From: Thermoplasmata archaeon
GTDB taxonomy: Archaea; Thermoplasmatota; Thermoplasmata; RBG-16-68-12; JAJISG01
NCBI GenBank assembly: GCA_046759185.1
Contig: JBHIBO010000003.1
Coordinates: 18,865 to 82,864 of the forward strand
Direction of reading: 5' to 3'
Length of the DNA stretch: 64,000 bases
A program made the translations under genes and the position numbers. The stretch's first letter is position 1; each line of letters opens with the position of its first letter. Shown piece after piece: positions 9,357 through 17,854 of the stretch. Below the pieces are notes generated by a model. That model saw only the letters and a list, made by a program, of their open reading frames with translations. It made no database searches and had not been told where the DNA came from.

Positions 9357-11681
9357 GTGGCGGAACGGGACACAACGGCCAAGCGATATGTCGGATCCCG
9401 GATCCCTCGCCTGGAAGACCGTCGTTTCGTGACGGGTCGGGGCGAGTTCGTCACGGACCTCTCTCTGCCTGAGATGGTCCACGCAGCCTTCGTTCGAAGC
9501 CCGTACGCCCATGCCAAGATTCTCGGGATCGACCTGGAAGCCGCGAGGACCGCCCAGGGGGTCTTAGGAGCCTGGAGTGGAAGGGACCTCGAGGGCGCGC
9601 TGGGCCCCCTGCCCACGGAGGTCGGTATGGAGGAGGCAGGCCTCAAGAAACCACCCTACCCCGCCGTGGCCGTGGACCGTGTCCGATATGGGGGGGAGGC
9701 CGTGGCGGTCGTCGTCGCCTCCGATCCGTACGTCCTGCAGGACGTCCTGGAACTCGTGGACGTCCGCTACGAGGCCTTGCCGGTTGTCGTGAACCAGGAG
9801 GAGGCGTTGGGGGAGGGCGCCCCACAACTCCACGAAGAGGCTCCCCGTAACCTGGCCTTCCGTTGGCATCTCGAGGGAGGAGACGTGGAAGGTGCCTTTC
9901 AGGAAGCCGACGTCGTAGTCGAACGGCGGATCGTGAACCAGCGTCTCCAGCCGGCCGCCATCGAGCCGCGTGCAGCGGTGGCCCGCTGGGATTCCCAGAC
10001 GGACCGCCTCACGCTGTGGGTAACCTCTCAGAACCCGAAGACCCACCGCGAGATCCTGGCTCGCGTCTTGGGGATGCCGGAGGCGGATCTTCGGGTCATC
10101 GCCCCGGACGTTGGTGGTGGCTTCGGAAGCAAGATCGCTGTCTACCCGGGGGAAGCCGTGGTGTGCCACCTCGCGCGTCACCTTGGACGACCCGTGAAGT
10201 GGGTCGAGAACCGCGGCGAGAACTTCCAGGTGACGTCTCACGGCCGCGATCACATTCAGGACGTCCGACTCGCTGCCAAGGGCGACGGGACCATCCTCGG
10301 TATCGATGTGACGTCCCTGGCCAACCTGGGAGCCTATCCCTCCACTGCAGGGCCGGGCGTTCCGGCCAGTCCCTTCGGGAAGATGCTCAGCGGGGCCTAC
10401 CTCATGCGGGGGGTCCGCGTGGAGGTCCACGGCGTTTTCACGAACACGACCCCCACGGACGCCTACCGGGGGGCAGGGCGACCCGAAGCGGCCTACGCCG
10501 TGGAACGCATGGTGGACATCCTCGCCCGGCGGTTGGAGATGGATCCGGCAGAGATCCGGAGGAGGAACTTCATTCCGCCCGACGCCTTCCCCTACCAGGT
10601 CCCCACGGGACTCAAATACGATAGCGGGAACTACGAAAGGGCGCTGCAGAAGGCCCTGGAGGTCGCGGACTATCTCGGTCTCCGGGAAGAACAGGCGCGC
10701 GCTCGGAAGGAAGGGCGGCTCCTCGGCATCGGCATCTCCACCTACGTGGAGGTTTGCGGATTCGGTTCACCGGGGGGGTGTCGCCTGCAGGTCGATCCAG
10801 CCGGGAAGGTGGTCGTGTACACGGGGGCGCATCCCCAGGGCCAGGGGCAGGAGACGAGCCTCGCCCAGATCGTGGCCGACGCCCTGACGATTCCCGTGGA
10901 GGCCGTCGAGGTGCGCCACGGGGATACGGCCACGACCCCGTGGGGCATTGGTACCTTCGGGAGTCGCGGACTGGCCGTGGAGGGGGGCGCCTCCCTCCTG
11001 GCGGGTCGCGAGATGGCGGATGCCGCCCGGAGGCGGGCTGCGGGGTTGTTGGAGGCTCGGCCCGAGGACGTCGTTCTTGCGGAAGGAAAGGCCTTCGTCC
11101 CCGATGCTCCGGAGCGGGCGTTCAGCCTCTGGGACCTCGCCCAGTCACCTCAAGAGACCCAACCGGACGAGGAAGCGCCGTCCTGGGAGGTCACCGCCTT
11201 CTACGAGACCGAGGACTACGTGTTCCCCTTCGGGGCTCACGTGTGTGTGGTCGAGGTCGAGCCGGCCACCGGCGAGGTTCAGGTCCTGCGCTACGTCGCC
11301 GTGGACGATTGTGGGACGGTGATCAGCCCCCAGCTCGTGGAGGGTCAGGTGCACGGTGGGGCGCTCCAAGGCATCGCACAGGCCCTCTGGGAGGAGGCCC
11401 GCTACGACGAGACCGGGAACCTGCTCACACTGGGGCTATCCGAGTACGGGGTCCCCACGGCCCTGGAGAGTCCCCGCATCGAAAGCGTCCGCCATGTGAC
11501 GCCCTCGCCGCACAACCTATTGGGGGCCAAGGGGGTGGGTGAGGCCGGGACCATCGGGGCGACGCCGGCCGTGGTGAACGCGGTCGTGGACGCCCTTGCC
11601 CCGTACGGCATCGTGCACTTGGACATGCCCTTGACGCCCGATCGCGTCTGGGCGGCCCTCCGGACGGGAGAGCGAGGCTAG
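9357..11681 (+). CDS. molybdopterin-dependent hydroxylase large subunit, CoxL-like form II (orphan: no adjacent medium/small subunits)
   Basis: 774 aa of the xanthine dehydrogenase/CODH large-subunit family. The active-site loop reads NTTPTDAYRGAGRPEAAY, i.e. the form II AYRGAGR motif rather than the form I AYRCSFR. Confidence 0.85.
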   Translation: MAERDTTAKRYVGSRIPRLEDRRFVTGRGEFVTDLSLPEMVHAAFVRSPYAHAKILGIDLEAARTAQGVLGAWSGRDLEGALGPLPTEVGMEEAGLKKPPYPAVAVDRVRYGGEAVAVVVASDPYVLQDVLELVDVRYEALPVVVNQEEALGEGAPQLHEEAPRNLAFRWHLEGGDVEGAFQEADVVVERRIVNQRLQPAAIEPRAAVARWDSQTDRLTLWVTSQNPKTHREILARVLGMPEADLRVIAPDVGGGFGSKIAVYPGEAVVCHLARHLGRPVKWVENRGENFQVTSHGRDHIQDVRLAAKGDGTILGIDVTSLANLGAYPSTAGPGVPASPFGKMLSGAYLMRGVRVEVHGVFTNTTPTDAYRGAGRPEAAYAVERMVDILARRLEMDPAEIRRRNFIPPDAFPYQVPTGLKYDSGNYERALQKALEVADYLGLREEQARARKEGRLLGIGISTYVEVCGFGSPGGCRLQVDPAGKVVVYTGAHPQGQGQETSLAQIVADALTIPVEAVEVRHGDTATTPWGIGTFGSRGLAVEGGASLLAGREMADAARRRAAGLLEARPEDVVLAEGKAFVPDAPERAFSLWDLAQSPQETQPDEEAPSWEVTAFYETEDYVFPFGAHVCVVEVEPATGEVQVLRYVAVDDCGTVISPQLVEGQVHGGALQGIAQALWEEARYDETGNLLTLGLSEYGVPTALESPRIESVRHVTPSPHNLLGAKGVGEAGTIGATPAVVNAVVDALAPYGIVHLDMPLTPDRVWAALRTGERG

Positions 11682-11687
11682 GCGCAC

Positions 11688-12383
11688 TCACTTAGGTGAT
11701 GTCCGTCCCTCGGACCGCATCCCAGACGCTCCCAAGAGGTCCACGAACTCCGTGAAGTCTCGAGCCTCGAGGTCCGGCTCCAAGTCTAGCGGTTCCATCT
11801 CTCCACCCGCGCGGTTAATCCAGAGGCCCTTGAGGCCGGCAGCCTTGGCGCCCATGATGTCAAAGGCGTTCGAAGAGACCATTCCAATCTCCCCGGGTGG
11901 GAGATTGAGCTGAGACACCGCGAGTTCGTAGACCCTGGGGGAGGGCTTGTACGTCTCCACCTGCTCTGCGCTCAAGACGAGGGAGAATAGACGGGAGATG
12001 CCGCTCCCCTCCAGGAGGGCATGGAGGAGGGCCGTTTCGCCGTTGCTCAGGACGACCAGAGTATAGCTCTCCTTTAGGTTCTCCAGGGCGCCCGCAACGT
12101 CCGGATAAAGGGGGAGCCGGCTCCAGGCCCCGGTCAGGTCTTCCACCTCTTCTGGGCTCAGCCCGACCTCAAGCCAGCTGCTCGCCGTGGAAAGGGCCCG
12201 CTTGGTTACCTCCGAGAAAGGCAGGAACCGGCGCATTAGGGCCACGAGAAACGTGTACTCCAGCTGCTTTCTTCTCCAAAGAGCAAGCAGCTCTTCCCCG
12301 CCCTTGCTTCGTTCTCCCAGCCTCACACGCAAGGCCTCTACGTCGAACAGCGTTCCGAACACGTCGAACGCCAAAGCGCGCAT
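11688..12383 (-). CDS. HAD-superfamily hydrolase, haloacid dehalogenase type II-like
   Basis: 231 aa. Motif I is AFDVFGTLFDV (DxxGTL), and the downstream S/T and K-D motifs are conserved (LSNGE, KPSPRVYE, SSNAFDIMGAKAAG). Confidence 0.8.
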   Translation of the reverse strand: MRALAFDVFGTLFDVEALRVRLGERSKGGEELLALWRRKQLEYTFLVALMRRFLPFSEVTKRALSTASSWLEVGLSPEEVEDLTGAWSRLPLYPDVAGALENLKESYTLVVLSNGETALLHALLEGSGISRLFSLVLSAEQVETYKPSPRVYELAVSQLNLPPGEIGMVSSNAFDIMGAKAAGLKGLWINRAGGEMEPLDLEPDLEARDFTEFVDLLGASGMRSEGRTSPK

Positions 12384-12571
12384 AGAACCATCGTGCTACC
12401 CGTGCGCCCGCCTAAAAGCATTCCCTCCCCCCGGTTCTCGCCCGAGGCGTTGGATGCGTTGGGACCATCAGGCATGAATATGGGGATTCGGGCGCTGCTC
12501 TTCGCAAAGGATGAATAGAATCGGGCCATCCTGCCTTTGAAACGGAGGAGGGAGGAACCAGAGGCGGAGCC

Positions 12572-14518
12572 GTGCCAACCAGCAAGGCGATCGATGTACT
12601 GTTGGAGGAGGGACGTCTGTTCCCTCCGTCTAAGGCGTTCGTGGAGCAGGCCAATGTGAGCGACCCGGCCCTCTATGAGGAAGCCCGCCAGGATTTCGAG
12701 GGATTTTGGGCGCGTAGAGCGGGAGATCTCCACTGGTTTCAGAAGTGGGAGAGAGTCCTCGACGACGACAATCCACCGTTCTTCCAGTGGTTCGTCGGCG
12801 GAAAGCTAAACGCTTCCTACAACTGCCTGGACCGGCATACGGCAGGACCGCGACGAAACAAGGCCGCCCTCATCTGGGAGGGGGAGCCCGGCGAGGTCCG
12901 AGTCTACACCTTTCAGATGCTCCAGGACGAGGTGTGCCGCGTCGCTAACGGCCTAAGGAAGCTGGGGGTACGGAGAGGGGAAGTGGTTACCGTCTACCTC
13001 CCCATGATCCCCGAGCTCCCCGTCGTCATGCTCGCCTGCGCCAGAATCGGGGCGATTCACAGCGTCGTCTTTGCGGGCTTCTCCGCCGAGGCGCTGGCTA
13101 CAAGGATGGAGGATGCCGAGAGCCGCTACCTCGTAACCTGCGACGGGTACTACCGTCGAGGCCATGTCGTCGACCAAGGAGCGAAGGCGGCGGAAGCCCT
13201 GGACGCGCTCCCCTTCGCGGCGAGGAAGGTCGTCTACGTTCGCAGGGTCGGCCGGGATGTCGCCCAGGAGGAGGGGCGAGACCTTTGGTGGGATGAGTTG
13301 TTGCAGGCCTCCTCCCACTGCGAGCCAGAGGCCATGGATGCCGAGGATGTCCTGTTCATCATGTACACCAGTGGGACCACCGGGCGGCCCAAGGGGGTCG
13401 TCCACACCACGGGCGGCTATCTGACCTACGTCGCCGCCACCCACCGCTGGATCTTCGACGTCAAAGAGACGGACCTGTACTGGTGCGCGGCCGACATCGG
13501 CTGGATCACGGGCCATAGCTACATCGTCTACGGCCCGCTGGCGAATGGGACAACGACCTTCCTTTACGAAGGGGCTCCCGACTGGCCGAAGAAGGACCGG
13601 CTATGGCAGATCGTCGAACGGTCCGGGGTCAACATCCTCTACACGGCCCCGACGCTCATCCGGGCGGTCATGAAGTGGGGGGAGGAGTACCCCGCATCGC
13701 GCGACCTCTCTAGCCTTCGCCTCCTGGGAACCGTGGGGGAGCCCATTAATCCCGAGGCGTGGCTCTGGTACTGGAAGCACATCGGGGGGGAGAAGGCGCC
13801 TGTCGTCGACACGTGGTGGCAGACAGAGACCGGGGGCATCCTGATCACTCCCCTTCCGGGCATCACCACTCTGAAGCCAGGCGCCGCAACGTTGCCCTTC
13901 CCCGGGGTCGAGGCCGCCATCCTGGACGAGGGGGGGAACCCCGTGCCCGAGGGCCAAGGAGGTTGGCTCGTGATTACGCGCCCGTGGCCTGGTATGCTCC
14001 GCACCCTCTGGAAGGATCCTGATCGGTACATCGAGACCTACTTCGGGAAGTACGGGTCCAACACCTATGTCGCCTGGGACGCGGCGAAGCGGGATGAGAA
14101 CGGCTACTACATCCTCATGGGACGCCTCGACGACGTCCTCAACGTAGCGGGCCACCGGTTGAGCACGTGGGAGTTAGAGAGCGCCCTGGTGAGCCATCCC
14201 GCTGTGGCCGAGGCGGCCGTTGTGGGCGTCAGCCACCCCGTGAAGGGCGAGGTGCCTTTCGCGTTCGCGATCCTCCGGGCTGGCCGTCAGGCCAGCGACG
14301 AGCTGGAGAAGGAGCTTACGGCGCACGTGGCGGACGCCATCGGCCCCATTGCCAGGCCGGAGCGCATCATCCTCAGCCCCGACTTACCGAAGACACGCAG
14401 CGGCAAGATCATGCGGCGCCTGCTCAAGGACATCGCGGAGGGGAGGCCCTTGGGGGACACGACCACCCTGCGAAACCCCGAGATCTGCGAGGAGCTGAAG
14501 ACCCTCGCCGCCGCCTGA
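12572..14518 (+). CDS. acs: acetyl-CoA synthetase (AMP-forming)
   Basis: 648 aa. The Acs N-terminal region is WFQKWERVL...FQWFVGGKLNASYNCLDRH. The AMP-binding motif is YTSGTTGRPKGVVHTTGGYL. The C-terminus has SGKIMRRLLKDIA. Confidence 0.9.
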   Translation: MPTSKAIDVLLEEGRLFPPSKAFVEQANVSDPALYEEARQDFEGFWARRAGDLHWFQKWERVLDDDNPPFFQWFVGGKLNASYNCLDRHTAGPRRNKAALIWEGEPGEVRVYTFQMLQDEVCRVANGLRKLGVRRGEVVTVYLPMIPELPVVMLACARIGAIHSVVFAGFSAEALATRMEDAESRYLVTCDGYYRRGHVVDQGAKAAEALDALPFAARKVVYVRRVGRDVAQEEGRDLWWDELLQASSHCEPEAMDAEDVLFIMYTSGTTGRPKGVVHTTGGYLTYVAATHRWIFDVKETDLYWCAADIGWITGHSYIVYGPLANGTTTFLYEGAPDWPKKDRLWQIVERSGVNILYTAPTLIRAVMKWGEEYPASRDLSSLRLLGTVGEPINPEAWLWYWKHIGGEKAPVVDTWWQTETGGILITPLPGITTLKPGAATLPFPGVEAAILDEGGNPVPEGQGGWLVITRPWPGMLRTLWKDPDRYIETYFGKYGSNTYVAWDAAKRDENGYYILMGRLDDVLNVAGHRLSTWELESALVSHPAVAEAAVVGVSHPVKGEVPFAFAILRAGRQASDELEKELTAHVADAIGPIARPERIILSPDLPKTRSGKIMRRLLKDIAEGRPLGDTTTLRNPEICEELKTLAAA

Positions 14519-14668
14519 CGCGAGGGACGTCGAGGCGATGCGGCGCGCATGACTCCGAGCTGAGAGTGACATTTTTGATAACCGCTGCCCAACCTATTTG
14601 CTTCGCATAACGCGATCAAGGGGGGACGAAAGGGACGAAGGGATGCATCTCTTTCCATCGGGAGCAGT

Positions 14669-14947
14669 ATGCTCGATTCCCCCGTAACCTGCCTCATCGC
14701 GGACGGCTTCCGCTGCCGAGATTGCGGCCACGAGGACAACGAGAGGGACCCGCGGACGGGGAGGGTAATCGGCCCCATCCATGTGATGAAGTTGCTCACT
14801 TCCGGCTGCGGCTGTCCGGCGCACGCCGATGTCCTGCCGGTGACGGCGGACCTGGAGGTCGTCTCTCCCCGCTTGGATTTGGTCAGCTTGTGCCTGATTT
14901 GCGGCAGGGCCTGCTCCGGCGAGCCCGAATACCAGGTGACCCCATGA
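14669..14947 (+). CDS. small Cys-rich protein (92 aa), possible zinc ribbon
   Basis: CxxC pairs CRDCG and CLICGRAC plus CGC. Its stop overlaps the start of the next membrane-protein ORF as ATGA. Confidence 0.4.
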   Translation: MLDSPVTCLIADGFRCRDCGHEDNERDPRTGRVIGPIHVMKLLTSGCGCPAHADVLPVTADLEVVSPRLDLVSLCLICGRACSGEPEYQVTP

Positions 14948-15344
14948 GTTTCGACGAAGTCTTCGACGTGAGCGACCGGGTGCGAAGGTTCTGGAAAACG
15001 GGCGTCTGGTTCATGATTGCCGCCGCGCTCGGCAGCGCGGGGATGGCGATGTACATGAGGCTTGTGTCGGCTGTCGATCTATGGCTGAAGCTGCTCTTCG
15101 TCCTCGGAAACAGGGGCATCCTAGGCTGGGCGATCTGGAAGATGAACCTATGGAGAAGGACCGACCGATTGAAGGAGGTCGCCGCGGGGGCATCCTGGCC
15201 CTGCAGGCCGTGTTCGGAATCGCCATTGTAACCCTTCTTGCCGGTCAGCCCTCGTGGTTCTCGTTCATGTACCTGGGGGGAACGTTTCTCGTGTTCGCGA
15301 TGACGCTCTCGGATCTATGGCCGTGGCGCAAGCCGAGTGTCTAA
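14944..15344 (+). CDS. predicted 4-TM membrane protein, interrupted by an apparent -1 frameshift in a G5 run (15186-15190)
   Basis: The frame-1 ORF 14944..15231 (MSFDEVFDV...KEVAAG) and the frame-0 ORF ending at 15344 (GGILALQAVFGIAIVTLLAGQPSWFSFMYLGGTFLVFAMTLSDLW) join into a single roughly 133-aa TM protein if one G is added to GCGGGGGC. Confidence 0.45.
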
Positions 15345-15385
15345 GATCTTTGTGACTTGCGTCGGCTCCGACAACCGAAAGGGTT

Positions 15386-15985
15386 TTGGGGGGGTGGTTT
15401 ATAGACCGGCCGGGGGAGTTCAAGGTGGCTGTCGACGTAGTTTTGGCTTTGCAGGCAACTGTCCTCATGTTTTACGGAGTGAATTTCTTCGTCCTGGGGA
15501 TGGTCCTGCTGGGGTACGGGGAATTGAAGGACGCGGGTCCGATCTTCCTTGCCGCTGGGGGGATAAACGGGATCATCGCCCTCGTCCTCTTCAACGAGCA
15601 GTTCGCGGCCGGGTCGGGGACTTTCGTCATCGTCGCTTTCCTCCTGCTCGTCTTTGCGATCACGTGGCTCGCCGCAGGAACCGTCGCGATCATGGGCGCC
15701 GGCGCCAAACCCATTGGCAGCCTGGGCATATTCTTCGGGCTGGCCATGATCCCCTTCGCTGTGTTCCTCGTCCAGGGACAGGACGTGCCCAGCTGGGGAT
15801 GGCTGACGATCAACGTGGTTTCGTGGATTTGGGTGTTCTTTACCCTGCCACTCGCCTTCGTGTTCAACGTAATCAGCGCGAAGGTCGCGGGCTGGAGCTT
15901 CATCATCCAGGCGTTCTACACCCTCTGGATTCCGGCGGCTCTGCTGATGGCGGGCGTCGTCGCCCCCCCTCTGCTAGGGATCTGA
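15386..15985 (+). CDS. polytopic membrane protein (about 6 TM, 199 aa), family unassigned
   Basis: Strongly hydrophobic ORF with GG/AG-rich helices. It sits between the two acs genes. Only a weak resemblance to YaaH/SatP was seen (VAGWSFI vs FAGWIGL), and the NPAPLGL signature is absent. Confidence 0.6.
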   Translation: MGGWFIDRPGEFKVAVDVVLALQATVLMFYGVNFFVLGMVLLGYGELKDAGPIFLAAGGINGIIALVLFNEQFAAGSGTFVIVAFLLLVFAITWLAAGTVAIMGAGAKPIGSLGIFFGLAMIPFAVFLVQGQDVPSWGWLTINVVSWIWVFFTLPLAFVFNVISAKVAGWSFIIQAFYTLWIPAALLMAGVVAPPLLGI

Positions 15986-16220
15986 AGCTTCGGATTCCGT
16001 AAGACGGCGGCCCCGCGGCACTGAATGCGCTCGCCCGGAAGCATGACGCTCCCCCCTTCCACTCCAGGGTCACCCGCGGTCCTCCAGGAGGCCCGTCATA
16101 GCTAAATAACGGCGCTAGTTCCTCGAAGGGCATCCACGGGCGAGCGTGGGCGTCGTCACCGTCACGCTTTGCGGGCCTATGGGCACCAAGCACGGGGGAC
16201 ACCACGAGAGGAGCGGAAGC

Positions 16221-17854
16221 ATGAAGGGTTTGATGATGGATTTTCAGCTGACCCTGCCCCCTCTTCTGAAGCGGGCGGGAACGTACTTCGGCTCGGTTGA
16301 AATCGCCAGCAGGCTGCCCGACAGGTCCTATCACCGGTACACCTACGGGGACTTTCATGACCGGGCCCTTGGATTGGCCGCCGGCCTGACCGAAGCGGGC
16401 TTGAGGCGAGGAGATCGGGTGGGAACCCTGATGTGGAACCACTACGCTCACCTGGAGGCATACTTTGGCATCCCCTCGGCCGGCTTCGTGGTCCACACCC
16501 TCAACCTGCGGCTGCACCCCTCGGAGATCGCCTACATCGTCAACCATGCGGAGGACAGGATCCTCATCATCGACGACGTCCTCCTTCCGTTGTACGACCG
16601 GTTCAAGGATGAGGTCGAGCCGGAAGAGGTCCTCGTGGTCCCCCTGACGGGGAAGCCCGTGCCGGATCGGTACACGAGCTACGAGGCATTCATCAACCGA
16701 GAGGACGGGGAGTTTGTGTCCCCGGAGCTACGAGAGGACGAGGCCGCCGGCATGTGCTACACCTCGGGGACGACCGGGCGGCCGAAGGGGGTACTCTTCT
16801 CCCACCGAGCCATCGTCCTCCACTCCTTCGCCTCTGCCATGGCCGTCACCCTTGGCCTAGGACAAGACGACGTGATCTGCCCGGTGGTCCCCATGTTCCA
16901 CGCCAACGCCTGGGGGATCCCCTTCACTTCGACGATGATCGGGGCCCAACAGGTCTTCCCCGGCCCCCACCTCGATCCCGTTGGCCTGCTGGAACTCCTC
17001 TCCCATGAGCAGGTTACCCTCAGCGCGGGCGTCCCGACGCTGTGGATTGGAATGCTGAACGAGCTGGAGAAGGACGCGAGCCGGTGGGACCTCTCCTCGC
17101 TGCATACGCTCGTGGTGGGAGGCGCCGCGGCGCCCGAGGCCCTCATCCGGGGCTTCGACCGCCACGGTATCACGGTCCTGCACGCGTGGGGCATGACGGA
17201 GATGGCGCCCCTGGGGACGGTCTCGCACCTAAAGAGCTACCTGCGGGACCTGTCCAAGGAGGAGGAATACGGGTACCGAATGAAGCAGGGCCTGCCCGTC
17301 CCCTTCGTGGAGGCGCGCGTCAGGACTGTGGAGGAAGGGAAGGAGGTGCCCTGGGACGGCCAGACCATGGGCGAGCTCCAGGTCAGGGGACCGTGGATTG
17401 CGGAGGCCTACTACCGGAGGCCCGACTTCGCAGACAGCTGGACCGAAGACGGCTGGCTCCGGACGGGGGACGTCGTGACCGTGGACGGGGAGGGTTACGT
17501 CCTGATCACAGACCGGACGAAGGATCTCGTTCGGTCGGGGGGGAGTGGATTGGCTCCGTCGCCCTGGAGAACGCCATGATGGCCCACGCGGCTGTGAGCG
17601 AGGCCGCCGTGGTCGCGATCCCGCACCCCAAGTGGGGAGAGAGACCCTTGGCCGCGGTCGTTCTCAGGGAGGGTCAGAAGGCCGATGCCGATGAGCTTCG
17701 CGAGTTCTTGGCGCCCCGTTTCCCCAAGTGGTGGCTACCCGATGCCATCGTGATTCGGGAGGATATCCCCAAGACGTCCGTAGGCAAGTTCCTAAAGTCG
17801 CAGCTGAGGGAGGAGTACAGGGACTGGAAGTGGGGGGAGGCCGAGGGCGGATGA
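16221..17854 (+). pseudogene. medium/long-chain fatty-acid--CoA ligase (FadD-like) with a -1 frameshift in a G7 run at 17537-17543
   Basis: MKGLMMDFQLTLPPLL... and YTSGTTGRPKGVLFSHRA (AMP-binding). Frame 0 ends at DLVRSGGSGLAPSPWRTP*, while frame 2 continues the canonical SGGEWIGSVALENAMMAHAAVSEAAVV...PKTSVGKFLK to 17854. GAGAGGAG RBS lies before the ATG at 16221. The gene is probably intact in vivo. Confidence 0.8.

Noticed and set aside
9564-10430. 288-aa minus-strand ORF
   Set aside because: It is antisense to the CoxL-like gene at 9357, which has a clear family match.
15386-15985. Assignment of the 6-TM protein to the GPR1/FUN34/YaaH acetate permease family
   Set aside because: The family signature N-P-[AV]-P-[LF]-G-L is absent. 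The similarity is limited to a short AGW-containing helix. It was kept as an unassigned membrane protein.
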